A stretch of DNA of 63,983 nucleotides, counting the filler, from Thraustochytrium aureum (lineage: Eukaryota), in NCBI GenBank assembly GCA_012862495.1. It is 6 parts of 4 records of this genome, joined end to end, with 100 filler letters (N's around TTAATTAATTAA, not from the genome) between each part and the next. Parts side by side here need not be neighbours in the genome. Positions count along the whole stretch, not along the records: positions 38,887 to 59,416 come from BLSG01000097.1; 5 more parts are not named here. One strand, given 5' to 3'. Made by a program: the position numbers and the translations under genes. This document shows, piece by piece, positions 43,742-54,104 of this stretch. The notes under the pieces are model-generated. The model was not told where the DNA came from, made no database searches, and worked only from the letters and a program-made list of their open reading frames with translations. Each line of letters starts with the position of its first letter. Positions within the stretch are counted from its first letter, which is position 1.

Positions 43742-43946
43742 GCCAGGTTGGATTCGGGCGGATTGCGTTCGAGTGGATCGGATCTGGTCCCATCCCGCGT
43801 CGCAGATCCGCCGCGCTCCCGGGACCGCCGCCTTGCGCACCACCCAATCGCGCGAAAGCCAACGCGCGGGCGGGCGGGGCGGGACAGCGAAGCGCTGCGT
43901 GGCAGGCCGCGTATCCGGCTCGAGGCGCGGGTCCGCGGATGCGGCG

Positions 43947-45215
43947 ATGAGCGGCCGAGTCCCCGAGCAGGCGACCAGCTGCTGGTCCGAGCGGCGCCCG
44001 GACGCTTCGCGACGCGCTGATGGGCTGCCAGAGGCCACGCTGTGGGGCCTGGACCCGGTCTTTTGGGCCCATCCTTTGCTGTTTGCTCGCCAGGTCCACG
44101 AGCTGACGAGGGAGGCGAGCCGAAGCTGCGAGCACTGCTTGTACGGGCGGCGGCCCTTGTCGCGTGCGGCTGTGGTGGGCCTCGTGGTCGGCGTAGACCG
44201 CCGCGCGAACAAGACGACGTGGCTCGTTGACGACGGGACTAGCGTGATTAGTTGCATCGAGTTTTCCTCTGGCGTTGACAAGGCATGGATGCGCCGACGA
44301 AACGCGCTNNNNNNNNNNNNNNNNNNNNNNNNNNNNNNNNNNNNNNNNNNNNNNNNNNNNNNNNNNNNNNNNNNNNNNNNNNNNNNGAAGCCGAGCGCCC
44401 TGTACTTGGCCTTGGGTCGCTCGTGCGCGCGGAAGGCACGCTGCGAATCGACTATCAGCACCTTGACGTCGCCGACCCGGCAGCCGGCTCCGGGGGCCTC
44501 TCGACCCAGCGCGGTTCGCGACGAGGAAGGGAGGCGATGGCGCGTGTTGTACATCGAGTCGCTGGTTCCCGTGATGAACGCCAACCTCGAGCTGGCGCAC
44601 TGGCTGGACGTGGCGCGCCTCACCGAGCAAGATTACCAAAAGCCGATGCTCGCCACGTTCAAAGACGCTTGGGAACAGAACGAGGCGCGCGGGCGCGTTG
44701 CGCCCACACGCGCAGAGTTGCAAGTGGGCGGACGGGAGCAAGCTCGGCTAGTTCGCAGCAAGCTCGGGGACGCCATCGTGGCCGCCCTGCGGTCGCGGGA
44801 TGGACCTGGACAGCTCGGCGCCCTGGTCACCGTGCCGCAGCTGTTGCAGATGGACACGCTCTGGGCAGTCGCTACGCGCGAAACAGGGCTGGCGGCCAAT
44901 TTGCTGCGGCCCTTTCTCGCTGATGCGCTGGGCGAGGCGTGCACGGCCGGCAAGGTCTTCAAGGTTGGCAACGATTTGTACGGGCTGCTAGACAAGGAGA
45001 CGGTGCTGCTGCCGGCGATCCTTGTTCGGCTCGCCAAGTTTGACTCTGCGAATGGCCTCTACATGAGCCAGATAGCCGACTCAATGCGCGGCGACCCGCG
45101 GCTCGCGAATGTGTCGCGCGACATGATCCTAGACGGCGTGCAGACCCTGATGGGCCAGGGCTGGGCCTATGCGCCGCGGCATGACCGCTTCAGACTCCGA
45201 GGTCGCGAGGTCTAG
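43947..45215 (+). CDS. STN1: CST complex subunit STN1 (OB fold + winged helices); short gap and a frameshift about 44460-44510
   Basis: LWGLDPVFWAH, LYGRRPLSRAAVVGLVVGV, VDDGTSVISC, LGSLVRAEGTLR (alternative frame), NLELAHW. Confidence 0.88.
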   Translation: MSGRVPEQATSCWSERRPDASRRADGLPEATLWGLDPVFWAHPLLFARQVHELTREASRSCEHCLYGRRPLSRAAVVGLVVGVDRRANKTTWLVDDGTSVISCIEFSSGVDKAWMRRRNAXXXXXXXXXXXXXXXXXXXXXXXXXXXKPSALYLALGRSCARKARCESTISTLTSPTRQPAPGASRPSAVRDEEGRRWRVLYIESLVPVMNANLELAHWLDVARLTEQDYQKPMLATFKDAWEQNEARGRVAPTRAELQVGGREQARLVRSKLGDAIVAALRSRDGPGQLGALVTVPQLLQMDTLWAVATRETGLAANLLRPFLADALGEACTAGKVFKVGNDLYGLLDKETVLLPAILVRLAKFDSANGLYMSQIADSMRGDPRLANVSRDMILDGVQTLMGQGWAYAPRHDRFRLRGREV

Positions 45216-45374
45216 AGCTGGCCGGGAAAGAGATCGTCATGCTTGTTTCGCGAAGTAGGAGGGGGGGAGTGGCACGGTGGCAAAGCGCAATAGGTTGATT
45301 GGCAGGCACTGCACTCTACAGGAGCTTAGCTTGCTTGGACTCTGTCTCCCCCAGAGTTGAGCTATGCTAGCCCC

Positions 45375-47591
45375 TCAAGGCCGTGGGCCCCTGCACGTAA
45401 TAGTCGCGCTGCGCTGGAGGCGCGCCATCTTGGAACTGGAGCGCTTGCCGCAAAGCCTCGCTCTCGGCGAGATCCAGCATCGAGAGCGTAGCTTCGTCCA
45501 GGAGAGGCCTCCAGTGTCGACCTGTGCTCGCGCTCGGCTCGCACATAGGCGCAGCGGCAGGTGCGAGCGACTTGGGCGCCAGCGCGTGCTTTTTTGTGCG
45601 ATCTGGCCATGCGCAGCCAGCGCGCTGACGATCCCTTGGTCCACGACCACCGCAATCGCAAAGTGCATCGCGCGAAACGGGTCTGGCTTGAGAGCAAGAG
45701 TCGCCGCGTCGCAGTCGGGAGCAGCCGAAATACTCTCGGCGGCTGCCGGGGCGTGCACCGAAACCGCAGGAATGTGCAGCGAATGCGCAGAAGCGCTAGT
45801 CCCGCCAACGCCTCCTGCATCGGCATCTAACTGCTCGGGCGGGAAGTTTGCCAAGTTCTGCGTCTCTGCGTCGATGGCGCAGCGCGCAGCGCCCTGCTCC
45901 AAGGCGACTTCTTGCCCGCTGACAGCACAATCGACTGATTCTTGACTATCTCTCGCCTCGATTGGTGGTCCATCGCACGGCGTCTGCGGACGCGGGCCTG
46001 CGACACACGATGTCCCTTCCGCTGGAGCTGCGTCGACCACCGCTGCGCAAGACCCCCTTGGGCTCGAGTCGGCTGCCTTTGCCAGCTCGTCGAGCTCGCC
46101 TGCCGCGTCGATGGCAGCGACGTCGGCCTCTATCTTGCGCTTGAGGTCAGTCAAGAACTGCTTGTGCTCTTGGCCGAGAACAAGCTTTTGCGGGGCTAAG
46201 CAGCGCCGCCCCGCTCGAGCGCTTTGCTGCCTGGCCCACCACTTTTCCATCCGTCGCTTTGTTGAAGGCGTGCTGCCGTATGCGACGAGAATGCGATTAA
46301 TCGGGCTCGGCCTCGCGGCCGGCTTGCCCGTCTGCGGTTTCCGCGGCTGCTTGTTTTGGCGTCGCGGGGACCGCGCGGACTCAGCTGCAGCTGCTCGCTC
46401 GTGGCCGTCCCGATTTGTACTGCCGCCCCGCGCGACGGGCGGCGGCTTAGCGGCGCGAGACTCTGTGGAGCCTTGGAGGACTTGTCGCGGCTTGGGCACG
46501 CTTGAGCAGCGGGGGCGGCGCCAACGAACCCACCTCGAGACTCGACTTGCAGGTTGCAAGGGCAGGCAGTGGCGAAGCCAGGAGCTCCCGTATGATCTCT
46601 TCGTCTTGGTTGGCTCCCCTCCATGGAGAGGCAGCGGCTTTGGGGCTTTTGTCGGCGCTTCTCAACGCAGTAATTGCTGTCGACCGCCTCCGGTGAATAG
46701 TAGCGTCCCCACTTGCAAGGCGCAGCCGGGCGAGCTTCGAGTCCTTAACTTCCTTACGTGTCATGAAAACCGACGTAGCGACCTTTTCCACGAGCGACTT
46801 GGGCGGCTCGGTGCGCACAAACTCGAGCCCAGTCGCGAAAAGGAACGTGAGCTGGTTGAAAGTGCCGAGCTTGAAAAAAGACACAAACCGGCCAATCTGT
46901 CGACCGCCGCTGCTGGACACCACGCGAGCAACCAGGGCCGTACACGAGGTCCGGAGTCGTTTGACAACCTTGCTGCTTATCCAGGTCTCTTGCACGTCGG
47001 GAATGTCGCGGCCGTCGTGCGAGTGGCCCATGCGCATCAAGAAGACGTCCAGCGCTCGCATCCGCTCTTCGATCCGAACGTCCGTGTACGGGCTGTCTTC
47101 TGCCGCAAACCGCTTGCCCTCTACACGCAGTGGCCGGCCATCCAGGTCACTTTCACAACGGCGAACTCTTCTTCGCCGTGTCCGAGCTGCTGGACCACTG
47201 AAGTCTGGTCGGCCACCGCTTTGTGCTCGAGGTGCTGTTGCAGCTCAGAGGCCGTCAAATACTGGACAGTCGGGCGCTCGGTCCCCCTTTCTTCGCGCAC
47301 CAACATGGCGACCTTGTCACGAGATTTCTTGCCTGCAGTGAACGACTCGAGGATCCGATCTACGGAGACGTTGGCACGGTGTTTGGCCATCACAATCTTG
47401 TTGGTTGCGTGCGTGAAAAACCATGCCGTCACGGACCCGTTGTGCAGCAGAAGAGTATCCTGCACGCGCACGGGCGTACTGTGCAAGTGCGAAACCAAGT
47501 TGAGCCCGCTACCCCTTTCATCGACGGGGAGCTCCTTGAACGCCATCGACCTCGGGCGCTTCTCAACCACACTGCCCTGCTCCTGAAACAT
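45375..47591 (-). CDS. Large hypothetical protein in several frameshifted pieces
   Basis: Consecutive coding-like minus-strand ORFs (TAWFFTHATNKIVMAK...; MRALDVFLMRM...; MEKWWARQ...FAIAVVVDQGIV). Boundaries are approximate and no family was recognised. Confidence 0.45.
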
Positions 47592-48328
47592 TCTGTCCTG
47601 CCCACTTTGGCACGGCTGGACGTAAACCCCGTAGCGCCCCCCACCCCTCCGCCACTGATCGCTCGCGGCCGAAGCCGCCGTTTGGCGCTTGGCCAGTTCG
47701 AAGTGCCAGCGAGCTACGACGTGGATGCTGCGCCTCTCTTCAGCACGTTCGATGCGCAAGCCCTCAGGACCTGCTCCAGCATCGGCCGGGACGCTGCCGA
47801 GCCGAAGCTGTTCTCGATCCAAGCAGGTCTGCCGTTCGCTCCGGGGGCCGTGGCGTAGTCGCGCGGCTCTTCCAATGCGAATTCGTACTGCTCGCTGCCG
47901 AGTGTGCGTCTCAATCAATCCGCAGGTTGACAGGGGCGGATGGAGTGCAGCGCGCGCCTTTGCCCTTCTATCGGTGGCACTCTGCGCTCGGCCGAGACGC
48001 TTCGATCCTCTTTGTACCTGCTCGCGCTGCAATGGAGCGCAAGAATCGCCGCGAATTGCATCCAAGTGATTGGTATTTGACAAATCTCAACGGATCCAAC
48101 GGATTGTAGCAGGTTGCTTCGGCCAGGGCCTGGGGGATTGAGGGCTTGCCTGCCGTCCCGCGCGCGCGGCTGGGCATTGCCGAGCGCTAGGGTTTGACGG
48201 GGTGAATGCCTTTCATGAAATTATGCATGTGGATGTAGTGGCGTTTGTTCAAAAGTTCTTGCCTGGGCGTGCGTGCGGCCAGGTGGGTTGGCGCTGACGT
48301 GGGCGGTGCGCGCGACGATGCGCAAGGG

Positions 48329-49275
48329 CTAGCGACGACTTGTCCCGCCGTGGCCTCTACTGGTGTGCGTGCGGCTTGAGGAGGAGCCGCCCCGGCCGCC
48401 GCCGCTGCTCCAGCCGCCTCCTCCACCCCAACCGCCTCCGCCGCCCCAACCGCCTCCGCCGCCCCAACCGCCCCCCCCGCCCCAGCCTCCCCAGCCGCCG
48501 TAGCTGTCGTCGTACCACGAGCTTCCCCAGCCGTAGTTCCGCCTCCGGTACCCTCTACTGGAGCTTGTTCCGAACAGGTAGCCCAGCCCTAGTCCCGAGA
48601 AGAAGCCAGGCCCGTCGCTGGACCTGCGGTGGCGGCGGCCTCGACGGTCGTACGCGTCGTCATCGCTGTCGTCGTAAGCGCCACGGTAGGCCGCTGCGCG
48701 TTGTGCTCGCAAAGCAGCGCGCTGCGCCCGCGTCGTGCGGTTGTGATGAGAGGAATTGCAACACGCGAAGAACAAAGCAACGATTACAGCAAGGAAGAAC
48801 CAGTCGCCAATCCTCGCCCTCCAGGACTTGTATCCCGGCGTGGCGTAGCGCGGTCCGCCAAACCAGCCGCTGCTACTCTGCGCCCAGGACCCGCTACCCG
48901 CGCCGCTGTACCTTATGTGTACTCGAGACCGCAGCTTCCAGCGAGCACAAACCGGTCCTCGCGTGAGGCGTAGCCCTCGCATACCACATCGGTTGTACCG
49001 AGGTCGTACTCGACCGGCAGCTGTGCTTCGCAGCGCCACTGGGGGTCGCCGTACGAGTCGAGCCCCACGTTGACGCACTGAACGACCTCCGGCGCCACGG
49101 AGCAGTCCCCGCCAACGCACTTGAGCTGCTGCACCGGTGAAGAGCGCCTGCCCGTCGTCATGTAGCCCTTCTTAAACGTCAGCGCCGAGACCGTCTCCAG
49201 CGCGACGCGGTCCGAGCCGTTCACCGCGCCAACAAGGACGACGGCGAGCAGAGCGGCGCATTTCGCCGTGGACAT
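48329..49275 (-). CDS. SARAF: SARAF/TMEM66 (store-operated Ca2+ entry-associated regulatory factor); frameshift near 48915
   Basis: Signal peptide; ALTFKKGYMTTGRRSSPVQQLKCVGG; VVQCVNVG...QWRCEAQL; VVCEGY..REDRFVLAGSCGLEYT; TM; GPGFFSGLGLGYLFG; ends TSRGHGGTSRR. Confidence 0.93.
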
Positions 49276-50084
49276 TTCGGCGCAACCCCGCGATCGCTCC
49301 AGCCGACGCCGAGCGTCTCGCGAGCCGCTCTCTCAGGGCTCGCAGGCAGCAGGGCTCGCTCCGAGGCCAGCTCGGCCTTTCAAGCGCCCCGCGACCTGCT
49401 CTGTCGNNNNNNNNNNNNNNNNNNNNNNNNNNNNNNNNNNNNNNNNNNNNNNNNNNNNNNNNNNNNNNNNNNNNNNNNNNNNNNNNNNNNNNNNNNNNNN
49501 NNNNNNNNNNNNNNNNNNNNNNNNNNNNNNNNNNNNNNNNNNNNNNNNNNNNNNNNNNNNNNNNNNNNNNNNNNNNGCGAGTCGAGTTGTGCCTGCCAGG
49601 AGGGTGGATGTAAGATGGCCAGTTTGGAGCTGGACGTGCTGGCACTCGTCTTTTTGGGGAGCTGGACCTCCTGCCCGTCCCCGTCAATCAATCAAGCGCG
49701 CTGGTCGTGCGCGCTGGTCGTGCCAGCCGACCCTGCAGAGCAAATGCAGAGCGTACTTTTGTACTTTGCTCTCAGCAGGGCTGGCTGGTCGCGTGGGTGT
49801 GGCCACTGCCTCTGGGCCAGTTCGGAGCTGGACCTGGCTTGTTTGACACTCCACGCTTGCTTCACGACGTTGTGCGTTGGCGCCGGCGATGGCGCGAGCT
49901 CGCGCGCTTGGGAGACCATCAGCGAGGCGGGCGTAGATGAGACGAGCGGGCTGGCGAGCGGCCTCACAAGTGTTGGGGGAGCCGCGCCACGTGGCAGGAC
50001 TGCTTCAAGCGCAACGCCAGCCTGGAAGCACGTGATACATCAATCGTAAGGAGTAGGTAGGTAAGTAGGTAGGTAGAGTAGGAA

Positions 50085-50129
50085 GGAAGCACGCGCCGTG
50101 GGAAGCACGCGCCGTGGGAACCACGCCGT
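50085..50129. repeat. 16-bp tandem repeat, about 2.7 copies, after a (GTAG)n tract
   Basis: ggaagcacgcgccgtg ggaagcacgcgccgtg ggaaccacgccgt. Confidence 0.8.
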
Positions 50130-50429
50130 CTCTTTGCAGTTTAGGGCGCTCAACAAGTCTGCACAGGCCGCCGCTACAGACAAAGTCGGAGCTACAGCTA
50201 GCAAGGAGGATCTTCCTTGCAGCTAGCCAGTTGGTGTTCAGCATTCTGGCGACGCGGGGCCGCCAACCGAGCACCACCTCAGCGAGAAACCATGAGCACA
50301 AGGGCCGCAAAGTGGAGACGAAGGTCTGCTGCTCGTCACTCGTGCGACGGCTCCTCCTGCGACGGTCCTTCTTGCGAGCATCATCTTCACGTTGCCTGAC
50401 CATGCGCTCAAACTCGGTGATGCGCCGCT

Positions 50430-50856
50430 CTATCGCTGCAGCCCTGCGAGATCGACGGCGTGGGGGCCTTGGAGGTCTTGCTTGGGTCGGTCGGTGTACA
50501 AATACACACCGAAGACGATGAGGCTCAAAATCACGACCGGATCTTGCTCGTCCACGTGTGCGTGGCGCCGGCTTAGCCTACCACGCGGGGCTAAGCCAGT
50601 CGCTGGCTCGTTCACAGCACGACCTGGTTGTCGCGCCGTTGCTCGTGATGGTGCTCTCCAGTCCACGCTTCCAGCGAGGGCAAATCGGTCTTCACTTGAC
50701 TCGTCGGCCTCGCAGCCCGCGTCTGCCTCCCCGAGCTCAAAGCCACGCGGGAGATGTGCCTCGCAGCGCCACCGCGGGCTGCCATTGGACTCGAGCCCGA
50801 CAATTTCACACGTCGTCGGGAGGCGACACGGCACGCCCCGTCCACAAAACTCAGCT
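50430..50856 (-). pseudogene. Divergent second SARAF-like gene or pseudogene; 5' part in a gap, 3' end uncertain
   Basis: CEIVGLESNGSPRWRCEAHLPRGFELGEADAGCE...EDRFALAGS aligns by eye with the neighbouring SARAF luminal domain. GLEST continues in another frame, and a TM-like VVILSLIVFGVYLY lies downstream. Confidence 0.7.
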
Positions 50857-51988
50857 NNNNNNNNNNNNNNNNNNNNNNNNNNNNNNNNNNNNNNNNNNNN
50901 NNNNNNNNNNNNNNNNNNNNNNNNNNNNNNNNNNNNNNNNNNNNNNNNNNNNNNNNNNNNNNNNNNNNNNNNNNNNNNNNNNNNNNNNNNNNNNNNNNNN
51001 NNNNNNNNNNNNNNNNNNNNNNNNNNNNNNNNNNNNNNNNNNNNNNNNNNNNNNNNNNNNNNNNNNNNNNNNNNNNNNNNNNNNNNNNNNNNNNNNNNNN
51101 NNNNNNNNNNNNNNNNNNNNNNNNNNNNNNNNNNNNNNNNNNNNNNNNNNNNNNNNNNNNNNNNNNNNNNNNNNNNNNNNNNNNNNNNNNNNNNNNNNNN
51201 NNNNNNNNNNNNNNNNNNNNNNNNNNNNNNNNNNNNNNNNNNNNNNNNNNNNNNNNNNNNNNNNNNNNNNNNNNNNNNNNNNNNNNNNNNNNNNNNNNNN
51301 NNNNNNNNNNNNNNNNNNNNNNNNNNNNNNNNNNNNNNNNNNNNNNNNNNNNNNNNNNNNNNNNNNNNNNNNNNNNNNNNNNNNNNNNNNNNNNNNNNNN
51401 NNNNNNNNNNNNNNNNNNNNNNNNNNNNNNNNNNNNNNNNNNNNNNNNNNNNNNNNNNNNNNNNNNNNNNNNNNNNNNNNNNNNNNNNNNNNNNNNNNNN
51501 NNNNNNNNNNNNNNNNNNNNNNNNNNNNNNNNNNNNNNNNNNNNNNNNNNNNNNNNNNNNNNNNNNNNNNNNNNNNNNNNNNNNNNNNNNNNNNNNNNNN
51601 NNNNNNNNNNNNNNNNNNNNNNNNNNNNNNNNNNNNNNNNNNNNNNNNNNNNNNNNNNNNNNNNNNNNNNNNNNNNNNNNNNNNNNNNNNNNNNNNNNNN
51701 NNNNNNNNNNNNNNNNNNNNNNNNNNNNNNNNNNNNNNNNNNNNNNNNNNNNNNNNNNNNNNNNNNNNNNNNNNNNNNNNNNCATGCCGGTGTAGCTGCT
51801 GGCTTCCGCCGGTTCGGCTCGCCCAACCACTTTGGGCGCGGGCGGTTTGGAGCTGTCGGGCGCCCAACACGAGCGAGCGAGCGAACGAGCGAGCGAGCGA
51901 AGAAGCACAAGTACTCAGCCACCACAAAGATAAACGGCGCGAGCCAAAGCCACAGTTTCGCCTCTCCCCCAAGTGCGAGCGCCAGCCA

Positions 51989-52057
51989 GCCAGCCTGCCG
52001 GCGCTAGCCAGCCAGCCCGCGCCAGCCTGCCGGCGCTAGCCAGCCAGCCCGCGCCAG
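51989..52057. repeat. 32-bp tandem repeat, 2.2 copies, built on GCCA units
   Basis: gccagcctgccggcgctagccagccagcccgc occurs twice. Confidence 0.9.
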
Positions 52058-52202
52058 ACTGCCCACGTACCAAGCCGCCGCCGTCCCCCGCGTCAGCGTC
52101 GGCCCGCAGGAGTCTTGAGCGTCCTGCAAGCCAAATCGCCCCCTGCTCGCTCTCGCTCCTCGCCAGTGTCGTCACGCCAGAGCAGCAGAGCAGGAAGCGG
52201 CG

Positions 52203-53351
52203 ATGGCGCTCAAGACGGACAGCGACGGCTTCAGCTTCTTCTGCGGCGCTCGGCCGCGGCGCGAACGCAAACGCGCCATGCTCGAGGAGGTGGAGATCCG
52301 GCCTGCTGGCAAGGAGCGCGACTCCGAGCCCAAGTCCGGCGGTGTCCAAGCCCTCAGCGAGGAGGAGGCCCAGGCGCTCGACGCGCTCGAAGACGGCGCC
52401 GCCTGGCAGGGGTTCAAGCATGTGGACGGATGGCGCGAGCAGTACGATCCGCCGCCGTCCGAGGCCGAACTCGAGCGGCGTGCCTGGGCCGTGAGCAAAG
52501 TCATAGAGCTTCTGCGCCCGCGGCTCGCGACAAAGTGTGAGACGCTGGCCCTGGAGGCCGTGGCCGTGCTGTTCGAGGCCGGCGAGGAGGATCTTGGCAA
52601 ACAAGGCCAGAAAGACGCGGCTCGCCTCCTCAACGCCTTCAAGGCTATGGTGCTCACGTACCGCTATGATGACGAATCCTCTGCGTCGCGCAAGGACCGC
52701 ATGGACTTGTTCAGGCGCACGGCGGCGAGCCAGGTCGTCGGCAGCGTGCGCGCCATCGTCGACAAGGTCCAACAAGACGAGGACCGCCTCGCCCAGCTTG
52801 CCGAGGGGCTCAAGGACACGGAGCGAATTGCCAAAGAGGTCCAGCAGAACCCCTCCGTGGTCGACCTCGTCGTCGAGTCGCTCTGCGAGCGCATTCTGCG
52901 CGTCGTCGACGCTCATCGTGAGAAAGCCATGGCCATGCTTCGCCGGCACCCGCTCTTCCAGGTCGCCAACGACACCCTCGATGGGAACCTCGACAAGGGC
53001 GTTCAGAGTGCGCAAGAACTGGCCTTCTTGGTCGCCCAAGCCAAGCTTGGCGCTGGCATCGAGCAGATCAAGGCTGTGCTGCGCTCGGGGATCTCCAGCG
53101 TGGTTCTAGAGGTCGCGCGCGCTGGCGAGGTGGCCGCGCAAGCAGACCTCGGCGCTGTCGCTTTTGACCCTGACACGATAGAGGCGGCCAAGTCCGAGCT
53201 GCTCGCTCGCGTCGCTGACCTCCACCGGGACATGCGCTCGGCCGTGACCCTCATCGTCGATGGCGTCTGTCGCCTCGTGGACGGGCTGGTACAAGATTCG
53301 CTTGTCGGTGATGACGACCCCGGCGACGGCGCTGCGTCCGAGAACCCCTGA
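52203..53351 (+). CDS. Hypothetical, mostly alpha-helical protein (382 aa)
   Basis: Intact ATG-to-stop ORF with strong GC3 bias and amphipathic helices; no family recognised. Confidence 0.7.
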   Translation: MALKTDSDGFSFFCGARPRRERKRAMLEEVEIRPAGKERDSEPKSGGVQALSEEEAQALDALEDGAAWQGFKHVDGWREQYDPPPSEAELERRAWAVSKVIELLRPRLATKCETLALEAVAVLFEAGEEDLGKQGQKDAARLLNAFKAMVLTYRYDDESSASRKDRMDLFRRTAASQVVGSVRAIVDKVQQDEDRLAQLAEGLKDTERIAKEVQQNPSVVDLVVESLCERILRVVDAHREKAMAMLRRHPLFQVANDTLDGNLDKGVQSAQELAFLVAQAKLGAGIEQIKAVLRSGISSVVLEVARAGEVAAQADLGAVAFDPDTIEAAKSELLARVADLHRDMRSAVTLIVDGVCRLVDGLVQDSLVGDDDPGDGAASENP

Positions 53352-54104
53352 CGACTTGATCCTCGCAGCAAAAGCGCACGGGATTGCGCTGCCGGCGCTG
53401 GCGTTGTGTGTACATGAAACGAACCTCTGGCGGCCATGCCTCTTTGGTCAATCAATAAAATAAACCGATATCGCGCAGTGCCTGCTGCTACCGTCACGGG
53501 CACGTCGATGGAACGCCCTGCTCGTCAGGATACAGCTCGCTGGTCAATGTCCTCGTCCATTTTTTTTCACTCTTTCGCACCTTCATTGTGCCGTCGCGCC
53601 TGCAAAGAGATCCAACCATGGATCAAGCAACCATCGAGCGGCGATCGCACCGCCGGCTCGCCGCATGCGCGAGACAGACGCCTCGAGCTCAGGCTGATGA
53701 GTCGAAAACGAAAACAACGAGACGGTTAGTGTCGCAGTCAGTCACGCTACNNNNNNNNNNNNNNNNNNNNNNNNNNNNNNNNNNNNNNNNNNNNNNNNNN
53801 NNNNNNNNNNNNNNNNNNNNNNNNNNNNNNNNNNNNNNNNNNNNNNNNNNNNNNNNNNNNNNNNNNNNNNNNNNNNNNNNNNNNNNNNNNNNNNNNNNNN
53901 NNNNNNNNNNNNNNNNNNNNNNNNNNNNNNNNNNNNNNNNNNNNNNNNNNNNNNNNNNNNNNNNNNNNNNNNNNNNNNNNNNNNNNNNNNNNNNNNNNNN
54001 NNNNNNNNNNNNNNNNNNNNNNNNNNNNNNNNNNNNNNNNNNNNNNNNNNNNNNNNNNNNNNNNNNNNNNNNNNNNNNNNNNNNNNNNNNNNNNNNNNNN
54101 NNNN

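Noticed and set aside
26115..50856. A calcium/ER gene cluster (TRP, calnexin, two SARAFs, ER SOD)
   Set aside because: These genes lie on three different concatenated pieces. Only calnexin and SARAF share one, and unrelated genes separate them.
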